Part shown: piece after piece, positions 1-11,644 of the stretch
Layout: the number at the start of each line of letters is the position of its first letter
How positions within the stretch are numbered: position 1 is the first letter of the stretch
From: Tubulanus polymorphus
Lineage: Eukaryota; Animalia; Nemertea
Assembly (NCBI RefSeq): GCF_964204645.1
Contig: NC_134028.1
Span: 7,626,001-7,690,000, forward strand
Direction: 5' to 3'
Length of the DNA: 64,000 nt
The notes under the pieces: model-generated
The model's database searches: none
What the model was told of the DNA's origin: nothing
The model's input: the letters and a program-made list of their open reading frames with translations, nothing else
Program-made: the position numbers and the translations under genes

Positions 1-1290
1 TTTATCGAGAATCTGCGTCACTTTACTATTCGATTTGTGTTCGTCGTCGTATTTATGGTGATGTTGCCCGAAACATTTGGCAGCTTCCCTGTCGCATTCG
101 CAAACGGTTCGCTCGCACAATTCAGTTTCTGGATCATTCGCTGAAAATGTGCATAATTTTCAAAATCAAGTCGGATTTTAAAATACCCAGAGAATAGTCA
201 GTCAAATGATTACTATTATCGTAATATCCCGAGCCATATTTTGCTTTGAATATGCAGCTGGTACTTCAATTTGAATACTAGTTTCAAGATCTAGATAAGA
301 CTTTATCAATTTGATAGGGATATTCATAATTTTATTCATAACACCCAACCCTTTATACTTTACACCACAATGGAAACTTACTGCAAGTGATATTTCCTTC
401 GTTCGTCTCGTATTCATAATACGTCAAATAAGGCGCTTGTAAGTAGAAGAAAGTCTTGCATTCGTTTCTCCAAACTCGTCGATAACACAAATCATGAATC
501 ATACAACACCTGATAAAACACAGTTAATCTCTTGATTATTTTACAGAAGTTCTATCAGTTTTGAATATTCCATGCACTCTATATAAAGTATTGCGTTTAT
601 AATTAGAGGCAGTGTTGTTGTATCGATTATAGAATATAGTTGCAGACTACCTAATTCTGCCTCAAGAACATGTACGGTACTTTCTTGATTGAATGAACGA
701 ACTAAAACATTCCAAGAAATTAACAAATCTGGCTTAAGTATCTGTGGTGGGTGAGGCTTTAACAATAAGTTCATTTAAAAAAGATTTCCCTCTAGCCCTG
801 GAAGGGTTGTCCTGAATCTTTCGGGGACAATTAGGGTTTTTCGCCGGCAACTATCCCCCGCCGCTGGGGTTTCCCCCTGACAATTGTGAGTTGAGTTGAA
901 TCTACGGGTAAGTGAATGAGAACGGACTATGCTGCAGCAGGCCAAGCCTAATACGCCACGAACCTGTCAATGTCATCAACTGGCGTACCATCTCCTCCTC
1001 GACCACACCATCCGCCGTAGTTATTAAAATGATGAGGCTCCCGTCCAGTTGTTATGCTTATCATATCGGCAAATTGTTCTAAGCGCCTTTTCACTAATGA
1101 TACACCACGTGCCTCTTCGAATAATATACATAATCATTATATCAATAAATAAAGCCTAAATACGAATAAATAAGTGATCATCGAAATTTTTGTTTTTGAA
1201 AACTTGAGATAGGACTCGCAAGTTACCTTGTATTGGAAACCCAACGATACATAAAACGCAAAAAGCAACTAGGTTCCCGGTGGTGGCCAT
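1..1290 (-). CDS. Secreted phospholipase A2, copy A (3' end runs off the window)
   Basis: Minus-strand exons 1290-1227 ([21 protein letters not shown], signal peptide), 1114-964 (...[12 protein letters not shown]...[20 protein letters not shown], Ca2+ loop), 509-382 (CCMIHDLCY, catalytic His-Asp), 140-1 ([16 protein letters not shown]). Introns are GT-AG with phases 1,2,1, the same as copies B and C. The 1114 acceptor is the least certain boundary. Confidence 0.9.
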
Positions 1291-2662
1291 GACTGAACAA
1301 AGGTATCCACTGACTGAAAAGTGAAGAGAAAAATTAACTTAAACCTGGCGTAAATTCCACTGTTTTTCGAAAGTCTGTGTTTAAAGGCGCCCACTCACTC
1401 CGCGGTGTCTCCCTGGCCTGCATTTGAACAACTCTAACATATACTCTACCGCTGCAGTTCACCAGACGAAAAAGATAACACGACTAATTGATGACGTAGG
1501 CACATAAAATCAGATGGTAGCCAATTACCGGTATACATTTTAGCTGTTCAATTCACACGGTTCATTTGAAATTCTATCCCATCCATATTTGACGAGGATC
1601 CCATCCATATTCGTATATATTTGATGATAATACAGAGCCTAGAGCATGAGTTTCCATTTTCCACGTCTCCAGAACGAATCGGTCATTCCTGAGGATCTGG
1701 ATGGTCGCCGAATATGGCCATGGTCTGATGTGTGGTCAGCGGGGTGAGGAGAGATGGGTGTTGTTCAAAAACCTTTGAACTTGGACCAGAAAATATATTC
1801 GTCATAACTAATGTTTGTTATAACCAGTGAAATTATAAAAAAATGTCCTATTTAGGACGAAATTCTAGGGTTGCAATAACCGATTGTCATATTTTATTAG
1901 GTCGCTGTAGATAACGAGTTTCCTGAAGGCTTTCCGCCATTGATGGTGCTGATGGCTGTTTGTCTGGAGTTTTCAGCAACGTAAGTAAGCGAACACTCGC
2001 TCAATGTGCCCACGGTAAGGAGCGGGGTGGAGTTCCTGTACGTGGAAAACATGCTCATGAGCTCTGCCGATGGTTACACGCGTCACGACTGCCCGGGGTC
2101 CAATCTTAGCGCCAGTCGTCGGCGGAGGATACTGTGTCGCCTAGTTAGTTACCTAATCGTTGGTGGTAATTTATAATCGGATGGGCTTGACCGAGATGAC
2201 ACAGACAGGTTACTGACTATGTGCCGCCCGGCTATCGCGACAAGCCCCTTGGTTGGAAAACGGATGGATATTTCTATCTAGTGGATGGAGTTTCCGAAGG
2301 AATAGGCTCCAAAAATAGATTATATTATGTGACACAGAAATCAGAATTTGGAGTACGGAGTCCAAGTACCGGCTTTTAGCGATTTCAAGTCCAACAACCG
2401 GTTATTACTATCCACAAGTACCTCCGCGATAAACAAAATAACTAAATTTCATTTAAATAGTCTGCACCTCGAAAATATCCTAAATATTCATGTATTTTAC
2501 AATATGAGCTGTCTACTAGATTGTTGATTACATTTTCTAAAGTCGGAATGGCCATTTGTTTGTGAAAATATCCTATCTGTGAACCTAAAGACCACAGGTC
2601 AATGTACTTTGACTTCTTTGACTTTGTCTTTAGTACACACACACAACGACAGAAAACAAAAA

Positions 2663-5600
2663 ATGGATTTCATTCCTTTGTTTATTGGTTATGTCATTGC
2701 TAGTATTTGTTTTGCAATAATCTATGCTCTGGCTGATCAACCGTTCATGAAAACTGGTTTGATTGGAAGATTACGATTCTACACAGTGAAGGTATTGACA
2801 CTATTGATTGACACCAAGCTTTGCCTCCTGACCGGTAGGCCTACTTGACACTGACATGTCATAAGTCTGAACATGAGACAATTGCAAAGTTGATGAACCC
2901 CTAGTTAGTTAATCGTTGCTGGTAAGCTTTTATAATCGGATGAGCTTATACTTTGTTAAAATATCTGATCGTAAAACTAAACCACAGACAGGTTACTCCC
3001 AAACCCCCCAGCTAATCCACTGTGAAATAGGTTTGTGATTGATTGGACCGCCCTAACTATTTTATGTAAAATCGGGTGGATGAGCAGTTCATCCAATTGA
3101 TTGATGGCTGCGTTACACCAGGGCCCTACTTATAGTGGTTTCGGGAGCTTCCATCATACGACAACCCCTGAAACGAAGCTGTTTCTAAATCAAGTTATTT
3201 TTTCTATATTTTCAGACTATTCAATTTGTTTTCCCAAGGTGGTTTCGAGATTTTGTCGATGGCATGATTGTGCGAATTTTCTACAAACGGTAAAATGATT
3301 GTCCAATGTCTATTTTTTGTCTAAGATCAATTTTTTTTGGATATTCCCCATAATCTTTTTATTTGAAAACATACCCCAAAACTTATCTAAATACAACCAG
3401 AGAAACTGCGCAGTCCAAATAAGTCGTCGTTTTTATGCTCATTTTGCACGATATTGAAGGATTGCTAAATAGTCTTCTTTAACTCATTTGAATCGGAGAA
3501 AAGAGACTCCATTTTATGAACTAAATCAAATTAAACAAAAGGTTTCAATGCCTATCATTTGAAATTATTTTCAAATCATCAAAAATCATGGTTTGTAGGC
3601 ACGGAAACACAGGATAGTCTCAGCTCCGACGACAAGAAGCCTGACTGTAACATGCAAACTTTTCCATTTCTATTGCAGGAATCCGATATTCCAGTGCATG
3701 TATCTGATGATTTGTTTTTCCGGTTATTTCGTACTGATCGTCGACGTAATTCCGTTTCTCTACGCGTTTCACCCGAACGAGAATCACGTCGCGTTGCCGG
3801 CGATACTGTTCATCGTCTGTAAGTCTCTGTACGCCGTGTGCTGTATCAGCGATCCCGGAGTCATCACGGCCGACAGCGTTAAACTGTATGAACAAGCGTA
3901 TCCGTACGACGAAACGTTCTATAAATCCGGCGTGAAATGCGCGACGTGTAAAATACCGAAACCCGCGCGATCAAAACACTGCTGTAAGTTTCATCTTTTA
4001 AGATTTCGAGTATAGGGCCAGTTGGTTAAAAGTCGGTTTGAGTTTACTAGCTGAATAGTTGACGTACCGTATAGTGAACATTTAAAAGACCATTGGTCCA
4101 CAGTATTTATCAGGGGCCAGTTGCTCAAAAGTTAGTTGGACTAAACCAGTGGATAGTTGACATAGTGACAATTAAAACTTTGAATAAACAAAGTTAACTG
4201 AATTAGCTTCAATATTACAACCCCAGTTATTTCTTAACGAGAAACTGGTGATGCCTTTGAACTGAAATTCAATAAAAGGATACAGTCAATACCTGATATA
4301 CCGCCCTCCCATATACCGCCACCCCGCCTACTGCCAGGTTTTCTCAATGAACATCTCTATACAAATACAAATAGTAAAATACCTCAGATATACTGCCATG
4401 CTCTCTATACAGGCGTGGGTCAAGAGGGGGTTTCAGGGGTCATGACCCCTAAGCTACCAAAAAAAAATTTAATTGTTTTCTTGAAGAAATGTACTCAAGA
4501 CAAAGTGGGTGGACAGCACCACATAACCAGTACCATATCATCTCATGTTTGGCCAAACAATAAGCCGTATAGGCCCCTAATCATTAGAGATTTTAGTCAG
4601 CAGGTGTTTAACATTAACATTTTTTATGAACCCCTCCTGGAAAACCCTGGATCCACGCCTGCTATACTGCCAAAATCGTTCTGCACCGATGTGAGTGGTA
4701 TATCGGGGGTTTACTGTTTACTGTATTTACCTTTCACATTTTACAAATCAAAATACACATATTCCATAGAGGCCTATTCTTGATCATTTCATTGTATATT
4801 TTCAGCGAGGTGCGACAGATGCATTTATAAATTCGACCATCACTGTATCTGGACGAACAGTTGCATCGGGGGTAAAAACTGTGGTTTATTCTTCGTGTTT
4901 CTGATATCATTGTGTACGATGAACATAAACGGTATCGTCATGCCGACGCGCGTTTTAAACGAAATCGTCGATCGTAAGAGGCTGTGGAGCGCGCGGTATG
5001 TCGATGACGATGGCGTCACTCGTCCCGTTACATTCTGGATTTTGATTCAGGTACCGGTATAACCTTTATTTTTCGTGGAGACATTTTCTCAACATTATCA
5101 ATAGTTTTCGGCAATTTTCGATTATAAACTTTCATTCTTCTAAAACAATGTGGGCTGTTTTTTAAAGATCAGTTTTAACTGTAATGATCCCTGGGGCCAG
5201 TTTCCTGTTTTACAATTGTATTGACGTCTGTTGTCTTTTAACCCTGGCGCTAACTCCAATTTTCAATTGAGTTAGCCCCCTCAGTTAAAAATGATTCCAG
5301 TCTATAAAATTGGACCCAGGGCCTTAGTTTCACAAAAAGGATTTATCTTAAATCGAGTTAACACACTGAATTATTGATGAAGAAATCAAATCAATTTATT
5401 AAAGTTTAGTTTTCTATGAAACTAAGCCCTGTGTTAATGTGAACTTTAACCCCAGGGTTTAAAATCTAATTTGCATAAGTCAAATGTCAGTGGAGCATTT
5501 TGATTGAATGAAATTATTTCCAATTGGATTTGTGCTTTCTTTTACATAAATCATGAAAGTTTACTTGATTGGGTAAGTCACAGATGGGGTGGTTGGTGGT

Positions 5601-6144
5601 TTACTAGAAGTCAATTCCAGTCTACAAAATACCTTACAGATTGTTTTTTGGCATATCATATAGCCCTACCCATTTTCGAAATATGCAACAATTGACATCG
5701 AGAGTTAAGCAAGAGAGGTGTCAGAATCTAGATAAGATATAGATTTTACTATACATTTTATGTTTTTTTGCGCTTCTTTTGCAGCATTTGTTTATGCATT
5801 ATCCCAGAATGGTTTTCATGGTTGTCGCGTTGACGGCAGTTACGTCGTTGATAGTCGGATTTACTGTGTACCACGTCTTACTAACGTTCGTGAATCAAAC
5901 GACGAATGAACGTTACCGAATCGCTCGTTTGACGACCGACGATTCGACGTTCCAAAATCCGTATAACAAGGGAATCGTCATTAATCTCGGCGAAGCGTTC
6001 CGGCCGCAAACCGTGCTCGACCGCGCGTCGCGTCGATTGATACGTGAAATACCACCGAAGCGAAATCGTCTTCTCGAAAAAGAGGAAAAACCGAATAAAC
6101 TTAGAAATGTTTCCCAACAGAAAACAAAATCAAAACGACATTGA
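2663..6144 (+). CDS. ZDHHC4: DHHC palmitoyltransferase, ZDHHC4-like (370 aa)
   Basis: Exons 2663-2791, 3216-3289, 3679-3983, 4806-5050 and 5785-6144 join in frame (1113 nt). Contains [37 protein letters not shown] (DHHC-CRD), NQTTNE (TTxE motif), NPYNKG, the MDF...RNPIFQ N-terminus typical of ZDHHC4, and a C-terminal KSKRH. Confidence 0.92.
4283..4716. mobile_element. Tc1/mariner-like MITE in ZDHHC4 intron 3, with a second MITE nested inside
   Basis: TA|CAGTCAATACC at the left end and GGTTTACTG at the right end form imperfect TIRs; internal ATACCGCC/ATACTGCC repeats; interrupted by the element at 4410-4661. Confidence 0.55.
4410..4661. mobile_element. MITE with CAGG termini and 5-bp TSD
   Basis: TIRs CAGGCGTGG / CCACGCCTG, flanked on both sides by CTATA. 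Confidence 0.75.
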
Positions 6145-7547
6145 AACATTTGCTCGAAAGTATCTTTCTTTAATATTTTGTAATCAAAATTTAATGTTTA
6201 GTTCTGTGCTCTGTTTCCTGAAATTTTGCGATGAAGTTTTCAATACAATGTAAGTTATGCAAATTCAAACGAAATTTTACCTGCATTTATAAGTTTACGA
6301 TGGTCTAGTCTTTTGTTTTTCGTCTATTTATGTACACTGTATTTTGACTTTTTGTAATTGTTTTGTGCACTGAGCGATTGTGATTTTTGTGGAGCATTAA
6401 CTAATGAATTTTAAATCGAATACGTTGTCAGTCCCAGTTTGCGCTTAACATTTTTGGTCAAAGAGAGTTGAATAGTTGTGCAGATGTTACTAACTAAAAT
6501 CCGGCAGGCTCAATGCTTTAGACAGGGTTGTTTTCAATGCAAGACGATAATCGCAGATTTGTTGCTGGGAACCTGGTTTATTCTTATGGATCTTGAAAGT
6601 CTGGGCAGTGCTTTGTACAAAAATTGCCTCGGTTGTTTTCTGATCTCTGAAGACAAGAAAACGAATACAAGATTTTAACTAAACTAAACTCTGATCACTA
6701 ACATGAACTCTCTCGCTTGGTCACAAAGCTAAAAGAAATTGTTTCTCCATGTTATCTGAAGTGTCTCATCTCAAAGTAGTTTTGGAGGGGAATTTGATAA
6801 AACGTCGCTTACTTATTGAAAAATGGATTCCCTGGCAACAACTGTGTTGTTGTTAAATAAAATATGCTTTTTGAGGAAAATTATAGGCTATTGCTGTGAA
6901 TGCAATATGTATATTTTAAGCTACTGTAATAAATACTTAAATGGACCTTGTAACTAGTCTACTCGGAAAACCTTTTGTAAACGGCTTGGCATTCGTCAAC
7001 TAGGATAAATGTTTTAATATTTATAGTTTAAGCTAATTAATGTACTCTGTTTCAAATTATTCGTAATTTTTAAGCATATCAGTATCTGGAAGATTACATA
7101 TCATCATTCCACATATATATATATATATAATTCTTAAAAAGTTGTCGACTCAATAATATAGGGCCCCAACCAACCATCCCCAATGCACCCATGCATTTAG
7201 TTGAAGAGTATTTCCTATTTTAACCAATGCAATAATTCAGCCAGTGATATGATGTAGATATAATTCATGTGTAGTTAGGCGGTAATTTGCTTATGTGAAC
7301 CTCACCAATGTACAAATATGTTTTGTTATGTATTGAAGTGTATCCAGCTTTGCGCTTTTTGTATGTTATGTATTTTCTAAGTAGTCTTCGACATTTGATG
7401 TCTAAGAAAATAATAAATTTGTTTATTGCAATAAAGAGAAATGTTTTGTTGATGGCGACAATTGAAGTTTATAAGATTTTTCTTCTGTTCAAGCACTTCC
7501 AGTTCCATCATGGAAGCTTAGTGGTCATCTAGATTATACGTACATGG

Positions 7548-7833
7548 CAGGGTGTCCACTGAAAACCTTGAAAACTCTGGGAATCAGAAGAATCTAGGAA
7601 AAAAAGTCAGGGAAAACTCGTGGAATTTTATAGATTTTACTAAAACCTTGGAAAAAACTCAGAGAATCCGGATAATGCTATTGACCACGTGTTTCTTTAT
7701 CAGTACATGATTCGCTGAAAAATGAATAAATTGTAACATTTTAAACCTAGAAATTTCTCTGATTCACTTAGGGAATTTTGTGTATCACAGGGAAAACGCG
7801 GGGATTTGTAAATGCCGGAAAGTGCCCGCCCTG
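7548..7833. mobile_element. MITE with CAGGG termini and 5-bp TSD
   Basis: CAGGGTGTCCACT...AGTGCCCGCCCTG flanked by CATGG on both sides; a related copy lies at about 29493-29766. Confidence 0.7.
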
Positions 7834-8577
7834 CATGGTTCCGTGGACCAGTGGAATTCACCGAAAAGCGTTCTCTCATACAGGTGTCAATCTGCTTATA
7901 GGACTAACTCTCTTGGACGTTGATCACCGTACCAATCTACCATTTTCCACACCTCGCATGTATTCATGGCTTCACATACAGCTTTTTATCTAAAAAAGAA
8001 TATACAAATCTATGATTGAAATCTGAGGCGGATCCATGCTCCTCAGTCCTCCCTTATCCCTCCTTTCAGGATCGGTCGCAGAGGAGAATCGCATCACGTC
8101 GCAAGGGCGAGCAAAGCCCACCTTTAATCAACACAAAGCGATCGAATATTGGTGGAGGGTTCCTCCGGTAGATACCTGCATGCGAAAAAAAAATCAGACG
8201 AAGCCTTGTGACCGTATTAATCGTTTGTCTGCCTCCGATCGTCTAGTAGGCGTGTATTCAGACTAGGCATAAGCTACGCGCCGCCAACCGCGCGGGTTTT
8301 TCTCTTCAAATTGAGTTTAGTAAAAAAAAAAGTAATTTCGTTTTTGATCACCTATACATATACATATATGTATAATAGAATTCGCTTTGTACATGTGATT
8401 ATTGTTTCGTAGGCTTTCGATAGCATATCTCCTAAATGCGTCCGGTAATTCAGATTGTGCAGTGCCGATGCTTTCAGCGAATTTTCAGAAGGTGGGTGAA
8501 AAATCTTTCGTTAATCCATGGTTTTCAGCTAACTCGCTGTTTATTTTTGAAATAAGGAGTTTTTATATTCCAGAGCT

Positions 8578-9576
8578 ATGATATATTTGGTTTTGTTTGC
8601 CATCATTTTAACAGGTTCGTAAATTCTTAATAACATATTTTTTCGTTTTCCGTAGGCCTATATAGTTACTCCAATATTATCATTTTGATATACACACAAT
8701 AAGGAATCAGCCTTAAGTTATCTCCTCTTATCTGCAGAATGCGCAGATTCATCATCAGTGAAAAATAATGTGACAAATCCTGATTATGAACTGTGTCAGC
8801 CAGATCAGCTCACCAGTATGATAAGGATGAAAACTGGGCGAGAGCCGATAGCCAGTTTTAACAATTACGGGAACTGGTGCGGCGCTGGTGGAAGTGGAAA
8901 ACCTGTCGATGAAATTGATAAGTAAGCTGAAAAGCCATTGTCAATATTCTTCTTGATCTGTTTAGCAGGCATTTCTGAGATCATGTTTTTATCGTGTTTT
9001 CAGTTGCTGTAGGACGCACGACCACTGTTACGATAGTTTATCGGGTGACGTTTGTAGGTCGTGGATGAATTTGAAAGTCTACTTCACAAAGTATAAATGG
9101 ATCGATAAAGAGAACAAGATCGTTTGCAGTTAGGTTTATTTTGTAAATTCTAAGAACTTTCAGACCTCCCTGGTCATTTTCAATAATCACCCTTCGTAAT
9201 TTGGTAGACCCATAGACACGACATCCAACATCGCAGTCGTCTGCGATGACGTCGACACGTGTGTTATGACGCCGAAAATGTTTGTAATGTTGTCGTTGAC
9301 TTCAGCATTGCCGGGGATCCTGAGTAAGGGGAAGCCAGTCTTTTCTAATTGAATATCATTTGACGTTTTATCCTAATCAGTCTCGTTTTACTTTTAGTCG
9401 ATGATCCGCAGACGGAGCCCTGCCGATATCAGCTATGTAGGTGTGATAGGGCGGTATCCATTTGTTTGGACAAGTGGAATCAGTTTTACCACAAGATATT
9501 CAAGTCGACAAAAACCGATTTCATAACTGATATACTCATCGCCGCTAGATCATGTTTAATCAAGACTTTCTTTTGA
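8578..9576 (+). CDS. Secreted phospholipase A2, copy B (174 aa)
   Basis: Exons 8578-8614 (MIYLVLFAIILT), 8738-8921 (NNYGNWCGAGGSGKPVDEID), 9004-9128 (CCRTHDHCY), 9398-9576 (CRYQLCRCDRAVSICL...stop); 525 nt in frame. A 5'-UTR donor lies at 8492. Confidence 0.92.
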
Positions 9577-10790
9577 GCTTTAAAATTTAAATCTATAGAT
9601 ATAGTCTATAGTATCTAGTAGACCTAGTAGACCCTAAGGCCTTTTTATTACCTGAGTACGGATTGGGAAGGCGAAGGGGAAAAATAGAAACAGATTTTTT
9701 TTATAGCGTTTAAAAAGGGAAGAGAAAAAATGAAAATAAACTTTTGTTCTTTATTTGAGTATTTTTCATATAAAACCTCTGCAGAAAAAAAAATAGAAAA
9801 GGAGTAAAAATTGTGATGGAATAAATTTATAGATTGGAATAAATGAAAAAAACAACTTTTTTGCAAATGATGAGATTGAAAATGAGATGAACAAACTTTT
9901 CCAAGTTACTAGATCGAAAGACGGGCATCACAAAAATTGTCTTTTATTGAAAAATTGTGATGAAAACACGAAGGCCAAAAAATTTTCTTTTTATTTGATG
10001 GTTTTTGTAGAATTCTGGGAGGCTGATCCGTAATCCAAGTAATCAAAAAGGCATAACTTGTTGTTTGTATGTTTGTTTTGTTTAATTTGCGAGTCGCAAA
10101 GTATATAATTAGTTGTATGTCCTGAAAATCAAGAATATGTATATAATACTTGATGATTTTCCGCTTTTGAGTGCAATAGCTAAGTGATGGAATTTCCATA
10201 CCCGATATTTGTAAACACCATGATTTTGTTAACTATGAATAGTCTTTAGTTGAAATAAACTATGGTTACCTCAGGCGTTGGAGCTTTGTCGTTTAATCTT
10301 TCGAGGACCTGGAGCTGGAAGTCACGGGTCACCAACGGAATCAGCGACTTATAATTCGCACTGAAATCTAACTGACAAGCCTATTCCTCTTGGCGAGAAC
10401 TAAACATTCGTTTTTATGTTCAACGATGGTCTTTATAAATATTAGAGTTCGGCAATAACCAACATTAGTCAATCTCTCTACAAGCACTATACGGAGGGAC
10501 CTATTGGCTTTTTCCGACATATATCAGGACCGTACAGGGTGCAGTTTGGCAGTTGCCCCCCAAAAAATTTTGGAATTAAAGTGCCCCCTTTTGAAAATAT
10601 CAATATATCCATTAGAACTGCACTTTTTTCGGGTTTCTCTGCCCCCCCCAAAAAAAAAACATTCAAATGCTAGGTAATGCTAAGCCCTGTAATTTAACTC
10701 TTTTTCTTCGTGGACATCCCAGCTTTGGAATACCAGTGGGAATAGTACCATAACCAACGTGATCACAACGCAGCTCAGAGAACCTGATTT

Positions 10791-10886
10791 TTATCTGTGT
10801 GGAAAAGATAAAAATATTTATCTATGTATTAATTATAATACATAGATACATTTCCACCTTTTTGTAGATAAAACAGGTTCTTATCT
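10791..10886. promoter_or_regulatory. Cluster of five AGATAA/TTATCT (GATA) motifs upstream of PLA2 copy C
   Basis: Motifs start at 10791, 10806, 10818, 10866 and 10881; possible non-coding exon donors follow near 10979 and 11112. Confidence 0.4.
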
Positions 10887-11644
10887 TTTAAAGCTTTGAA
10901 AATAACACGTATCATAACCACACTGTTAGTTCACAGATACGACGACCTTTTGTTGCCTGAGTTTTAAGCGTCTTCGAGGTAAAAATGTTAATTGCTTCTT
11001 TTCGAATAAATCATTACATCACTAATCATATTTCTTAATATTTTTTAGGTTTTGAATATCGTATATATACAAAATATAACATTTTTTCATTTAACTACTT
11101 TACAAAATAAGGTAAATTTCACAATTCGGATTAACTAGGAGATATTAAATGGGGGATCCTGGCGGCCTCTAGGGCTGTACTAACAAACATTCGCAAGGCA
11201 CTGAACCCACGCAAGGCACTGAACCGAATTCTTTTGGAGTAGAATTTTCTTAAGTCGATGTCTCTCGTACTGAATAAGATAATGAATTATAATACTGTGC
11301 GCCTCTGCTGTCTTTTGACACGTGGATTATACCAAAGAAAACGACTCGTCAAATTAGGTCGTATAGTTTGTCTATACGACATAATCTTGAGTCGCTTTGA
11401 AATAACTACGCAATGAAAAATTCGTCGAGACTAGTAGCAATTATGCTTGGCCTTCGATATACACGCGACAAAATACAGTTGAAACACACTTTCCTTGTAT
11501 TTATATATGATATGATACATGATATGAAAATTTTTAATACTTCTTCAGAAGGTGGGTCGGAACGGATCATAGTTGCTTAAAAAGTAGCTCACTATTTTCT
11601 ACACCGTACAATTATTTAGAATTATTTCGTATCATTCCAGGAAT

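Noticed and set aside
2000-2300. GC-rich hairpin-containing stretch considered as an HDV-like ribozyme
   Set aside because: I could not build the nested double pseudoknot; part of it is duplicated at about 2901-2996, consistent with a repeat remnant.
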